Source of the DNA: Phaeosaccion multiseriatum
Taxonomy: Eukaryota > Protista > Ochrophyta, other classes
Length of the DNA: 64,000 nt
Assembly: GCA_965112735.1 (NCBI GenBank)
Contig: OZ218956.1
Coordinates: forward strand, 3,162,001 to 3,226,000
Direction: 5' to 3'
In this document: piece after piece, positions 13,560 to 26,160 of the stretch
Layout of the letters: each line of letters begins with the position of its first letter
How positions within the stretch are numbered: the stretch's first letter is position 1
Made by a program: the position numbers and the translations under genes
The notes under the pieces: model-generated
The model's input: the letters and a program-made list of their open reading frames with translations, nothing else
Told to the model about the DNA's origin: nothing
The model's database searches: none

Positions 13560-13896
13560 TCTCTCTCTTCGCGGTTTGTTTCCCTCCCCCCTGTCAGCCA
13601 GACCTTCCGCTGCTCTCCTCCCCTCAGATCAGGCCTTCTTGTCCTTGATCATTCAGTCCAGTCTTCCCGCTATCATCTACCGCCGTATCCAGTGCAAGAA
13701 TAGAGAGAGGAGAGGAAGAGAGAGAGGGAGGGAGAGATGAGTGCAAATCAGGGATCAAGGAGCGATTCAAATCCGCAGCCAGCTGAAATTCAAACTGGAA
13801 CCCTTTTTCATTCTTCATGTCTTTTACTCCTTTGTGTTGATCCGAGTTTGTGGTTCGTTTGTGAAGGAAAGCTGAGCAGCCCCTTCTGAATGAGCG

Positions 13897-14763
13897 ATGG
13901 CTGAGAGGGAGGAGAGAGATCTGCCTATGCCGCGCTTCCGTCCTACGGGCGCTGTGGCCCCACAGCTGCCGCGGCAGCCGATGACTCGCCCTTCCCCCCT
14001 AAGTAGGGACGTCCAAGGAGGCCCCGACCGGAGCAACCAGGAGCGAGAACAGCGGCAACAAAACTTTCTGTGGAGGGGCCAACAGCAGTACCAGCAGCGG
14101 GAGCCGAATGAGAACGAGTGTCAGCGTCGAGAGCAGCAGCAGAAGCCTCAGTGCCGGGCTGATGTGTGTGAGGAACCACCATCACCACCGCCCACCAGAG
14201 ACGGTCGCAGAGAGAGACCGCAGAGGGAGCAACCTCATCACCACCACGTCAAATATGAAGGCGAGGGGGGCAGGGTGGCGAGTTTGGGTCTTGATGGAGG
14301 AACGGCTACGTACAGCCATCGGTCGCAGCAGGTCGACGATCATTCAACAAGGGTCAAGACCGAAGCTCCTCGCCTCCTGTCTGTGCCCTCTCCCTCCCTG
14401 TCGCCTTCCGCCCATGCTTCCTCCGCGGCGGGAGCAGCAATAGAAGCAACAAGAGCACCAGCAGGAGGGAAAGGAGGAGGAGAATTGCACGCGGGACGAG
14501 GAGAAGAAGCCACATCAGCATCAGCAGAGGGCACAGTCTCGACGGACGAAGCCCAAGCTGCCGCTGTGGCAGCCCTCGCGGAGGACGCTCGCCTGATCGA
14601 GGATTTGCGCTCTCTGAAGGACGAGGTCAGAGCCATGCATGTGGAGGCGCGTATGTTGGAGGCGAACGTTTCCATTGCGGAGGATCAGAGCGTCATGAGC
14701 ACCCTCCCTTACGCCCTCGCCCTACAGTACCACAAGCAGCAGGGGCACCAACACCACCACCAC

Positions 14764-14803
<40 letters not shown>

Positions 14804-14814
14804 GGCACCACTAG
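13897..14814 (+). CDS. Hypothetical protein (Q/H-rich, short C-terminal coiled coil)
   Basis: 305-aa ATG ORF placed head-to-head with CHAF1B. It has a coiled-coil-like stretch (LIEDLRSLKDEVRAMHVEARMLE) but no recognised family. Confidence 0.55.
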
Positions 14815-15432
14815 TAATGGCGCTACTAGCAGCAGGTTGGACTGCACAGGACCGAGACTTTGACTTGACTAGTGTCAAGAGAAGCTTCACAGGGAGGTGC
14901 GGGCAGGCCGTCTCTTCACACTCGCTCGGCGCAGTGTCTGGGGTGGGGGAGCGGGCCCCAGCCGAAGCAGCGGGCTGTCCATCGCTTGAAACTTGGAGGA
15001 CAAGGACTACTTACTGGACTAATTGATAGATGGAAGGGCCGACGAGGGGGGGGGGGGGGTTGAAAGAAGAGTTTGGCGCGCAACAGTGTAAAACAATGGG
15101 ACGCTTGATCCGTGCGTTACATTTTTTGTACTTTCGTCCTCTACAACCCTTCATTTGGCTCACCGCCCCCCCCACCCCCTCCCTCAACAAGCCACCCGAC
15201 CGGCACTTGCTTCCACTCTACCATTGTATTTGAATCTAAAAAAAGGGGGCACAGTCGTAAAGTAAATGCACAGCAAAAGAAGGAGGGTGAGAGCGAACTA
15301 CTACTCTTACGGTAGCAGAGCTCTCCTCCTTTCGCTTCTAAACGTGCTTGCTTCTTCCTACGCTAGGTATCTAGGATATGATTGCTCTCTCCTTTCCCAT
15401 CCACTGCCATCCACCCCCTGTCCTGACAACCG

Positions 15433-16768
15433 CTATTTCTTGTCTGCGGCCTGCTTGGCCATCCCCTCGTAAAGGTTCTTCTCAATGACCACCTTGTCCG
15501 CTGCAATGCAAGCCGCCGCCCTGGTGTTGCCTCTTTCGCCGGGTAAGCTGATTTCTGTAACGCCCTCCAGCTTCTTGGCACCCTTGATGCGCTTCAGCAC
15601 CACCTGAGGAGGGTACCCATGGGGAGGGGCAGGCACATGGGCAGGTGTATGGGCAGGCATATGGGTGTTGGTAGGAGTATGTCAGTGACTTGCTTCATAG
15701 AAGCCTGAGTGAGTGAGTGAGTGAGTGAGTGAGTGAGGACCTAGACGCGGAAGAGAAAACACACACTACGAAGAACAACAACACATTTTCCTCCTCCCTC
15801 CCTTGGACTATCTGCTTTGCTTGACTCTTCGACTGCTTTGCTTGACTTGTGCTCTACTTTGACTCACCTCCGTACCCTCCATGAACTCTTCGGGAGAGCC
15901 CATGAGGGAGGGGTCCTGCTCCACCACAGATGGCGACGGCAAGAGACACACAGCATGGGCAAGAGGAAGAGAGAAGATGGAGTTTGAGGAGAGCAGGAGG
16001 GGGGGTGAGTAGGGTGTAGTGTTGTGCAAAAGGGTGAAGAGGACACATGCGCATGTGGAGACACAGAGCAGTAGCAGCAGTGTCGTGCTTTCTGAGCTTT
16101 GCTGTTTTGCAACAATGAGAGGTGCTACTCTGCAGGGGCTCCGGGGCTGCTGAGAAACAGAGAGGGAGAGGGATTTGGAGAGAGAAGAGAGAGAGAGCTA
16201 GAGAGAGAGAGCGAAGAGAGAGAGGTGGACAGAGAGAGCGCGCTGCTTCACTTCGTTGGTCACGCTGCAAGCTGTGTGCCCGAAACTACCCCCTCCATCC
16301 AAGTTCAGTCACACAGATCGACTTACAACAGCCAAAATGAGATTTCCCCAGTTCTTGGCAGCCTGACGGGGGGGGGGGGGGGAGGGGATTGGAGAGAGGG
16401 AGGACGTTTGATGATAGTAGACGGCGGAAGAGGACTGAAACTGAAACACAACGGACGGCCGAGCCAGGCTGAGCAACACCAAGAGACACGCCTCCCTCCC
16501 TCCCTCCCTCCCTCCCTCCCCAAAACTAGTGTTTACTACTTCTAGCAAAGACGCCGAATAAGACAAAACAAAGACACACAGACAGGCAGTGAGACGGACA
16601 GACAGACATACAGACACGCCAGCATGCTCTACTTACTTTCTTCCCCGTGGTGGCTGCTCGCACGAGAGGCCCAGCGAGGAGCTCCACCATCAAGGAGAGG
16701 TTGCTCCCTGACAGAGGGGGAGACAATGGGACAGGGGGATAGACAGACATACAGACGGGTAGATGGGC

Positions 16769-16805
<37 letters not shown>

Positions 16806-18474
16806 GGCGGACGGACGGACGGACGGGAGGGGGCAAGGGCCACAGCAGCAGCAGTTGGTCTCACAGCAGCAGTACCAGAGACAAGGCAGAGCTCTCGCAT
16901 CGTCAACACGATCGATCGACAAATCTCCTCCTTCCTCACTCAATCACTTCGAAAAACTCACCCTTGTAGCTGTGGTCGAAGACGCGGATGGCTCCTGCGA
17001 TAGCCGCGGCTGGATCAGTGGTTAACTTGCCCTCCCTTAAGACATACACCAGAGGAGGGGAAGGAGGAAGAGGGGGAGAGACAGAGGACGAGATAGATAG
17101 AGAGAGAGAAGAGAGTGAAACCAGAGAGAGAGTGTGTGTGAAAGAAAGAGTGAGTGCAAAAACAACAGGAAGGGTAAGTAAGCAAACAAAAGGGGTGTGT
17201 TGGACACTTACGAGTCGTACGCGACATCTCCCGGGATGGGCTTGCCCGCGGTCTTTGCCTCGAGCAGGCCGAAGAAGGGGAAGGCTGCTGTGGCCATGTC
17301 CAGAACGAGGGGAGGCTCCCCACCGCTGCGGGGGATGCTGATGGCGATGGGGTTGGTGCCCAGGAGGGCTTCGTAAGAGCCGAAGGGAGCGACGAATTCT
17401 GGCGACTGAGCAAAGGCGATGCCGATGAGGCCTTGGTCGGCGACTTCCTTGACATATGCTCCCAAAGAGCCTGCGGAGAGGGACAGAGTGGGAGTGAGAG
17501 CGTGAGTGAGATTGTGGGACTAAGTAAGAGGAGACTTCGCCTCTCTCTGTCTCTCTTCTCTGTACCTGTAGAAGTGAATGTGTTGCTGCATCCTACCATT
17601 CCAAACCCGTGGTCCTTCGCCTGAGAGAATCCAAGAGTAAGGAAGGAAGGAAGGAAGGAAGGAAGAGGGAATGGCGGATGTTCAGATTCGAGAGGAAAAA
17701 ACTTCTCTCTCTCTCCCTCTTTCCCTTGTGTCCCCTCTCACCGAGTCCCCTCTGTCCTCTCCCTCACCTTGGTGATGGCCATTTGCGTCGCCTTCATCAG
17801 CACCACCATGCCCACCGTCTGCCACACACACAAAGCACAAGAAGAGCAGTACTTAGGCAAAAGCAGGAAAGGCACTCAAAGCAGTCCTAGAGTATGATAC
17901 GAATGAAGGCAGAGCAGAGTGCAGAGTGGGGGGGGGGGATGTTTGCCACCGACAGCGCGAGGAAGGAGGAGAGGGGCAAGTGGAATACGAGTGCACACCA
18001 TCTCGATGCACAGCTTGATTCACAACGTGTCGCACCTTGCACCTACCTTCTTGCCGTCAATGCGGGCCGACAGCTTTGTCTCGTGCACAATCTCCGGGGC
18101 CTGGCACTCTGGGTCCTTGTTGATACCGTTCGTGATGATCTTGATGAGGCCTTGATTGCCTTCCCTCGCGCAGTAGTAGAAGCAGCAGCAGCAGTTGAGG
18201 ACACAAAGAGGCGAGTAAATTATTTTATCCTTCCCTTTTACTTTCTCACCCACCCAACCTTGCCACACGAGTAGCTCATCTGCTGCCTCCACTGCTCACC
18301 TCCGCGCAGCTGACTGTACAGCATGACGTCCACGAGCGTCTTTGTTTCCTCCTCGCTGTACCCCAGGTTGATAATGGCCTTCTCAGCGAGAGTCCTGAGG
18401 GCCGCCACGGTCACTGTGACCCCTTCCTCGCCGCTCATCTCGTCCGCCTTGCGCTTGACTGCAGGGGTTGCCAT
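15433..18474 (-). CDS. Type-2 malate/L-lactate dehydrogenase family (Ldh_2; AllD/ComC/DpkA-like) oxidoreductase
   Basis: Multi-exon gene from ATG 18474. Motifs VAPFG...GTNPIA.SIP, LVLDMAT, TTDP..A..GAI..FD.SYKGSNLSLMVELLAG, GNLILAVDP and LPGERG. Confidence 0.9.
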
Positions 18475-18678
18475 TTTCTCACTCGTAGGGTTGGATGTGG
18501 GTCTCTGGATTCTCTCTCTGCAAAAGATGTGAAGATGCGGTTGCGTGTGGTAAGGATCCCGTGGGCAAGGAATTTTCCCGTCGACTGCCATCCACGCCTC
18601 CTGCATGTTTCCCTTTGGGGTCAAAACGATTCCTGTTTGCCTTTGCCTTTGCCTTTTCCTTTGCCTTTGCCTTCCACC

Positions 18679-19392
18679 ATGACCTATGGTTTGAACATAA
18701 GGACACTTCTTTGCTGCGGCTTTGCCGCTATGGTGGGCTTCAATGGCTTGCTTGTGCAAGGCTTCGCTCCGATGCACGCAGGCCCGTTTGGAGGAAGCAG
18801 AGCAACCTCGGGCTCCTCGTGCATGATGGCCGCTGAGGGGCTAAGCGAGGTAGGAGCAGTAGCTGGAATTGAGGAGCCGCCAAGTGCTGCACCCGTAGTT
18901 ACAGCAGCAGTTGTGGAGGAGCCGCCTGCTCCAGCCCCAGTGAGGGAGAGGAAGCCCTTTGCCTTTGCCTTTGTCCCAGCCCCCTTGGACGCCGTCCGCG
19001 CAACCACCGCCGAATGGCTGAGGATAGTGTCATCCAACGAGCCCGATGCTGCTGTGGAGACGAGTCGCCTGTATGCGGACGACGCAGTGCTGTGGGGCAC
19101 CAAGTCGGAAGAGAGACGTACGACACCACAGGACATTCTCGAGTACTTCCAGTTCTTCGCGATGTTGCCCGACCTTCAAGTATCCGAGTACACCCCTAAC
19201 GCGCGAATGATCTCCGACGCCCTCGCCATCAACACGGGGTTTTACACGTTTTCGTGGCAACCCCCGAACGAGGCAGACCGCAGGGTCCAGAATGCCCAAT
19301 TCAGCTTCACATATAAGCAGGACCCATCGGCCAAAACAGGTTGGGTGATTGTGGATCACCACTCCTCGCTGCCGATGCACCCCGAGGCTTGA
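18679..19392 (+). CDS. Plastid-targeted iota-class carbonic anhydrase (COG4875 / CaMKII-association-domain fold, LCIP63-like), single domain
   Basis: Intronless. Signal peptide ending VQG-FAP, then a transit peptide. Domain motifs LYADDAVLWGT.S...TT..I.EYF, G.YTF, FSF.Y and W.IVDHHSS. Confidence 0.82.
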   Translation: MTYGLNIRTLLCCGFAAMVGFNGLLVQGFAPMHAGPFGGSRATSGSSCMMAAEGLSEVGAVAGIEEPPSAAPVVTAAVVEEPPAPAPVRERKPFAFAFVPAPLDAVRATTAEWLRIVSSNEPDAAVETSRLYADDAVLWGTKSEERRTTPQDILEYFQFFAMLPDLQVSEYTPNARMISDALAINTGFYTFSWQPPNEADRRVQNAQFSFTYKQDPSAKTGWVIVDHHSSLPMHPEA

Positions 19393-20315
19393 AGCACGCC
19401 GCCGCTGGCAAGGTATGTTTGATCAAAGAGAGAGAGAGAGAAGAGAGAAAAGAGAGAGCATGGCCGAGAGGGGACGACTGGCCGAGTGCAAAGAAATGGA
19501 CACTGAGTATGACTGTCTGCTGGTGTGAGAGAGAGAGAGACTTCGGCGTTCTCTCGACGGCGTTCTCGACTGCTTGCTCCCCACTGGAGCGCCCCTCGAG
19601 AGGAAGAGGCTCGATCGACTTATATGGAAGAGGGTATGGTGGGGGTGGGCGCAAGGCTTTTAGTTATGGCACTCAAGGCCTTCCTCCTAACGTGGGAGCT
19701 CTGCAAGTGTAGTTGGCCTTGCTTATGTGGGCAAGTACGTACGTAACTGTCACACAGGGGGGGCACTTTTGATGGCGGTCACTAGAGAAAAGGGGGTGGT
19801 GATGGGGAGCGAATAGAGCACAATAGAGCACAAGACACTATAGAGAAGAAAGCACCAGAGAGGTATTTTAATTTACAAGAACGACATAGACAAGTTAATT
19901 AAAATTAAAAGAGGGTGGCGGAGAGAGAGAGAAACAGAGAGACTGGGTAGGACTCAGTTGAAGTGTGATTTAATGTACATCAATTATACGCTACCATAAT
20001 ACAAGTAAAAAACAAAACAAAAAAGGGGATGGGGTGACTGACTCAGCTCGCTGGGTATGGAGCAGCGGGTCTATCTCGCTACTCGACAAAAGGCTCGCCC
20101 CTCTTGCGTCCCCTTGTTCAGCAGCCCCTCCGTTGCGACTCGGAAGGCTCCCCCCTCACCCCTCCTACCCCTCCTCCCTCACCTCTCGGGATATAGATAT
20201 ACACATCGTTTACCGTAGAGTAAGTGGTACAAAGGTAACCCCCTCATGACCCTTCAGCCCCCCCTCCTCACGGTCCCTCCTCCTCCCATTCTTCAGCAGC
20301 CCCTACCCTACCCGT

Positions 20316-20679
20316 TTAGTTAATTTTAAAGCCACACTTAAGTAGATCATTCACCACCTTGTCGGGTTCCGTGAGCAGCTTGATCTGCCCTTCCACCTGC
20401 TCGGCCGTTTCACAGGACACCGTCGGAACGATGCGCTTGGCATTGAAGAAGCGCACACAGTCTCTTAGCTCCTGGAAGTTGGAGTGCTCGGAGTAAGGCA
20501 CACCGTAAGTGGTCAGGCGCTGCTGCTGCCGCTTTCCACTCGATTCCGTCTTTTTACTCAGAAGATGTCGCTTGTTCTCTTGCTCCTGCTCTTGCTGCTC
20601 TTTACAAAGGGCGTTGGCGGCTTGCTGCACCATAGTCGCCCCTCCCCCTCCCGCTCCTCCACCGCTCGCAGCTTGGCTG

Positions 20680-20756
<77 letters not shown>

Positions 20757-21587
20757 GTGTGTGCGTGTGGTGAAAGGTGAAAGGTGCATGCACAAGTAGG
20801 TAGAGGGGGAAAGAGGCGATCGACGATATGAAGGTTGGCTGGTGATGAGGGGCTGAGAGAGAGGGGGACTTTGATGACAGGACAGGCCCGTTGAGCAAGG
20901 AGCAAGGGGCGGCGCAATCAATCGATACTCTTGGCCCAAAGGAATCGAGGAAGGGCGTGTGGTCCCCCTGCCCCCCCCCTCTTCCTCCTGCTCCTGCTCC
21001 ACCACCTCCTCCTCCCCGCGCCTTCTGTCCCCTCCTCCTTTCCTCCTTCCCCTCGCTCACCTGCTCCGTCTCCTCCGAGTCTCCTCCACAGTCCGTGTGA
21101 CCCCGCCTGCCTTGACCTGTGGCGGGTGGCTTGAGTTAGAACGTTGCAGAAGCATACTCGATACTCGGTATTCGATATCAAGCTCTTGTTCGGTGTGTGT
21201 TTGGGTACAAAACCACCACAACGAGAGACCAAACTCAAACTCAAACTCAAACTTACTGAACGTTACAGCTCTTTGTACAACCACACCATACCTGTTTGTA
21301 GGTCCAGCCCGTGGGGCGGAACCCGACCACATGCCTAAACTCCGTCACCCGCGGCACTCTCTTCTCGAAGTAGTTAGGCAGGGTATCCATAGTGATGTGG
21401 TTAATAGGCACCACCCAAATGGGAGTGGCAGCTTTATCCAGTGTGAGGATGTCCTTGGTTTCATCGTCCCAGTCCAGGCAGTCCAACATGGCCTTGTGCC
21501 CCTTGCTCACGCATACCTTCTGCCCAAGGCGTCTGGGCAGAAGGGGAAGGAAAGAGGGAGCGAGAGAGAGAGAAAGAGAGAGGGAGT

Positions 21588-21618
<31 letters not shown>

Positions 21619-24600
21619 AGAGAGAGGGAGAGAGAGAGAGGGAGAGGGGGGGAGGAGAGAGAGCGTCGAAAGTCGAACACCACGACATTCCTTTGTGGTG
21701 AAACTCCCTCACCCACACATTCCCCACCCCACGCACCCACGCACGCACGTACCTCGCCACCTCCATGTAGAGCCTCTCCTTGCCCAGGGAGTAAGAGCCG
21801 AAGAGGAGCAGCGTGTCGAAGTCTTTGCTCTTGTGTAAGTGCTCCCGAGCCACGGCCGTCACCGCATCGATCGTGTCCTTTTGAGACGGGAAGGTGTACT
21901 GCGGGCGGCAGTAAGTGGTGTCCAGGAACAGCGTGTCGATTCGATTCGATGGTTCGCCTCGCTCCTGTCTATCGCTCTCCCGATCACGCTCCTCCTTCAT
22001 CCGTTGTAGCTGCAGCTTCTGCTCCGCTTGTTTGACGGCTCCCTGTCGGTACACTTCCGCTTCTGCAGCGACAGCGGGAGGCAACTTGTTGATGAGCGCC
22101 CCGCCACCACCATCCTTTCGCTCTTCTCCTCCTCCTTCTCCTCCTCCTTCTCCTTCTCCTTCTCCTCTTCCTCCTCCTCCTCCTCCTCCTCCTCCTCCTC
22201 CTTCTCCTTCTCCTCCTCCTCCTCCACCTCCTCCTCCTCCTCCTCCTCCTCCTCCTCCTCCTCCTCCGCCACCACCACCACCACCACCACCACCACCTCT
22301 TCCTCCTCCTCTCGCCCCGTCGTCGTTCGTCTCTTCTTCCCCACATCTATCCCCGCCTTCCACGCCCCTTCTACCATCCCCTTTCTCACTCTCCACCCGG
22401 CCACTATCACCCGCCCCCCCACCCTCGCCACTGCTGTTGCTGCTGCTGTTCCTACTCTCCTCCCTATCCTCCTCATCACCACGGCTCTTGCTGCCCGTCT
22501 TGGCGGTGGTGTTGCTGCTGCGGAGGCTTGCTGCTGCTGCTACAGGAGGCCCACTGTGCACCCGCTGATCGAACTTGAGGAGCTCCGGGTTCATTCGCAG
22601 CACCTCCTCCTGCGCCCAACGAAAGTCTCCCACGTGTAAATGGGTCTTTCCGTCGGGCATCTCGAACAAAAACAGAACAGAACCTGGGCAGTGGTTGGCG
22701 TCCAAAAGCGTGACCGTTACGCTTTCCTCCTCTACCTTCTTCTCCTCCTCCTCCTCCTGCTGCTGCTGCTGCTGCTGCTGGTGGTGGTACTTCCTTTTCT
22801 TCTTCAGCGGCGGCCGCTGCCGTGCTTTCCACCCTCTCCCTCTTGCCCTCGCCCCTTTCCCCCACCCCGCTCCTGGAGCCCAACGGAGCGGTATTTGGTG
22901 CGGCGTATTCATCTCTAGAGGCCGCAGGAACTTGGGGTTCACATCTAGCTCGAGCTGCACCAGCTTGAGGGTCGGAATGCTCCCGTAGATTAAGCCACAG
23001 CCAAAGCGCTTTCCCAGCCCGCAGTAATGGTCGCCGTGGAAGTGCGTGAGGAAGTACACTCGGGACAAGCTGCGCTTCGCCCATCGGAAGCCTTTGAATG
23101 CGGAATGCAGCAGTAAGCGGAAGGAATGCGGCAGTAAGCGGAATGAATGAATGAATGAATGCAGCAGTAAGCGGAATGAATGCAGCAGTAAGCGGAATGA
23201 ATGCACGGCAGTAAGCGGAATGAATGCAGCAGTAAGCGGAATGAATGCAACAGGGGGTAGGAGGGGTGGAGCGCGAGAGAGAGAGGAAGAGAGGCCGGGA
23301 GAGAGAGCCACACAAACAGAGGTAGAAAGACAAGATAGAGCATGCAGATAAGGGGGAAAGAAGAGAGAAGGAGAGAAAGAGAGCGAGGGAGGGAGAGTGA
23401 AAAGAGAATTAGTAGCAGTGGGTGAGAAACCTCATTCTTGCCTGTCTGTCACCCCAAGGCTCCTCACCATGCACTGCCATCCACTGCCATCCACTGCCAT
23501 GCACTTACCGTCCACAATGATGGGCATCATCGCACCGGGGACCTTCTTGAAGGCCGGGCAGGGCGAGTTGGAAGCGCCCCAGCCGAAGTAGTCGCCCGCA
23601 CTCATCTTCTTCTTCTTGGTCTTGTTCTTGATGTTGCTCCGGTCTCCTGCCACCCCTGCCACGGCCGCTTTGCCCTTGCCCTTCATCGCTATTGGCCAAC
23701 AAGTCGGGGTCGCAGTAGATAGAGCTTTGCCCCCCTTCTCCAATGCAGTACTAATGCTGGTGCTGGTGCTGGTGCTGGTGCTGCCCTTCGCCTGCTTCTT
23801 CTGCTCGAGCTCTTTCGCAGCCTCACCTCCTCGACTCCGTTTCCTCGCTGGGCCCATCAACACGTCATTAATACTCAGCGCCTTCGGAGCAGCTGCCACT
23901 GCTTGCCCTGCACCTCCCCCCCCCCCTTCCTCTGCGCTGTCAATGTCTACCACCACCACCTCCACGCCCCTCTTCTTCCCCTCTGTTCGGCCTGGAGGTG
24001 TGGTTGGAGCGCCGGAGGCAGCAGCAGCAGCGGCTGCAGCAGCGGCTTCAGACTTCTTCCTGCACTTCTTAACGTGTCCCACTCGCTGCTTCCAGGGCTT
24101 CCCAGTGAGGGCCACGTGGCAGAATAGGCACTCGTAGTTCTCACTCAATAACTCATCATTTCGAGGCAACTGAGCAGTAGTAGCCACAGCAGACTCTTTC
24201 GCTCTCACGTCTGCAGCCTCGCCAACACATCTCTTTCTTCGGCGGCCCTTCCCCCCCTCCGATGCACCTCCTGCTCCTGCTCCTCCTGCTCCTCCTCCGC
24301 CTCTTTCCACCGCTGCTTCTGCCTCCACCTCCTCTGCCCGGAAGGCAGCTTGCTGACTATCTAGGCAGGCGTTGATGTGCAATTCCTTGGCCCTCTCCCT
24401 CAAGCCCGACAGGTCCTGCCCACAGACGCAACACCCCTCCGGTGTCAGAGACTGCTCCACCGACCGTTCTTCTGAAGATCCTCCTTCCTCCTTGCCCACA
24501 CGTGCACATCCTCCACTTCGTACTGTGGTTGGCGCTGTGCCGCTCTCCTGCTGGTCGGCGCAATCGTTCACGTGCTTACACCTTTCCTCCATTGCAAGTT

Positions 24601-25195
24601 TTCCCAAGGACGTCAAACAGACGGGGCACAGAAGGGTCAGCGCTTCCTCAGTCTCAGCAGCAGAAGCAGCAGTAGCAGCAGTAGCAGCATTAGCAGTAGC
24701 AGCAACAGTAGTAGCAGCCATAGTCTGATCTCCTTCCCTGTCTCCCTCCTCCCTCCTGTGTCGACTCCTGTGTTCGCCTCTTCCCATGTCTGCCAGCGAG
24801 GATAGGGGCTGCCGTGTAACGCTTGAGGGCACATGGCCAAGGCACGTCACGTCATCGTCATCATCATCGTCATCACCATCGACAATGCCAAGGCAATCGC
24901 CCCTCCCTTCCTCCCCCTCGTCCTCGGTCGCTACCTCTCCTTCCTCCTCGTGCTCCTCCTCGGCCTCCGTCTCTGCAGCACCTATACTCTCCACTAGCCT
25001 GTCTTCTTGCCCTCCTTCTTGGCTGCTTGCGTCAGAACCCTCTCGCTCTTCGTACATCTCATCGTGACCACCTTCGACCGCAAGAGCATAGAAGCTCTCG
25101 CTGTCACCGTAGTGACTATCCTCATAGTCCTCTTCCTCCTGCTCCTCCTGCTCCTCCTGCTTCTCCTGCTCCTGCTCCTCCTCCTGCTCCTCCTC

Positions 25196-25230
<35 letters not shown>

Positions 25231-25813
25231 CCTCCTCCTCCTTCTTCTTCTTCTTCTGCTCCTGCACTTCGTCGTCTTCCTGCTCTCCCTCAGCCTCTTC
25301 TTGCTTCTCCTCCCGTTCTTCCTCCGTCTCAGAAACTCCCTCTTGCTCAGTATCCCCGTCCAGGTCAAACTCATTCTCATGCTGCTCTGGGCATTTCTCT
25401 CCGTCCTCCGTATGGGCCACCGTCTCCTCGCTGGTATGAGCACGCTGATCCGAACCCAGACCCTTAAGAAAGCCTTCTATGCTCTGTGATGGCGACGATA
25501 ATGATGACGATACGGAGGTGACCATGGCTTGGGAAGGAGAGGAGATGGAGACTGTCGGGCCCAAATCGAGTTCAGCCTCATCCATCTTGGCACTCCGTCC
25601 CACCTCCTCAACCCCTTCTCCAGCAGTATCAGAAGCAAGCGCCCTCTTTTTGGTTCTGCTACTGCTGCTCGAGAGGCTCAATTTCTTCCTCTTCTTCCCT
25701 GCCTTCCCTCCCTTCCTCGCCCCCAGGCACTCCGGGCAACGGTCGTGCAGCTTTGAGAAGGAGAGGAAGATCCTCTCACAGGCAACGCAAAAGCTCGCCT
25801 GCTCCTGCGCCAT
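20316..25813 (-). CDS. DCLRE1A: DNA cross-link repair nuclease SNM1A/PSO2 (metallo-beta-lactamase + beta-CASP) with N-terminal zinc fingers
   Basis: IVDGFRW, YFLTHFHGDHY.GL, DANHCPGS, HVGDFR, LFLDTTY, GSYSLGKER, GFRPTGW and YGVPYSEHS..EL. UBZ-type fingers C-x2-C...H-x3-C lie upstream. Confidence 0.9.
23103..23248. repeat. Intronic minisatellite, about 6 copies of a 21-nt unit GAATGCAGCAGTAAGCGGAAT
   Basis: Six CAGTAAGCGG cores directly upstream (in sense orientation) of the SNM1 acceptor AG at 23093-23092. Confidence 0.9.
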
Positions 25814-26160
25814 GACGGAGCTTTTATTACTGGGCGTGCCTTGCCAAAGCGAAGCGAGCCATCCAGTGCCATCCAGTCCAGAAAAATGGCGCCAACCGAT
25901 TCCCCAACCCCCCCCCCGCCAACTCGCTCGCGGTATTCGACGGTATGAAGGGGATTCGACACACACACTCACACACACACTCACAAACACACGCATATGT
26001 TATTCTTAGGTTGATTCCTATCATTCAAAATATGTCTCCCTTCCCTACCGTGGCACTCCAGCCCCCCCCCCGGTCTTCCATCGAATCTCTGTACGAATAA
26101 ATTCAGCAGAAGACCCTCCAAATGAAAGCACCTACTCCCGTCAGCAGTCAGTCTCCGTCC

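Noticed and set aside
23103-23248. Possible CRISPR-like array
   Set aside because: Units are contiguous with no unique spacers, the context is a eukaryotic intron, and there are no cas genes.
3957-25813. Apparent cluster of genome-maintenance genes (Rad60-like, CAF-1 p60, SNM1A)
   Set aside because: They are interspersed with unrelated metabolic genes and chance is a sufficient explanation without synteny data.
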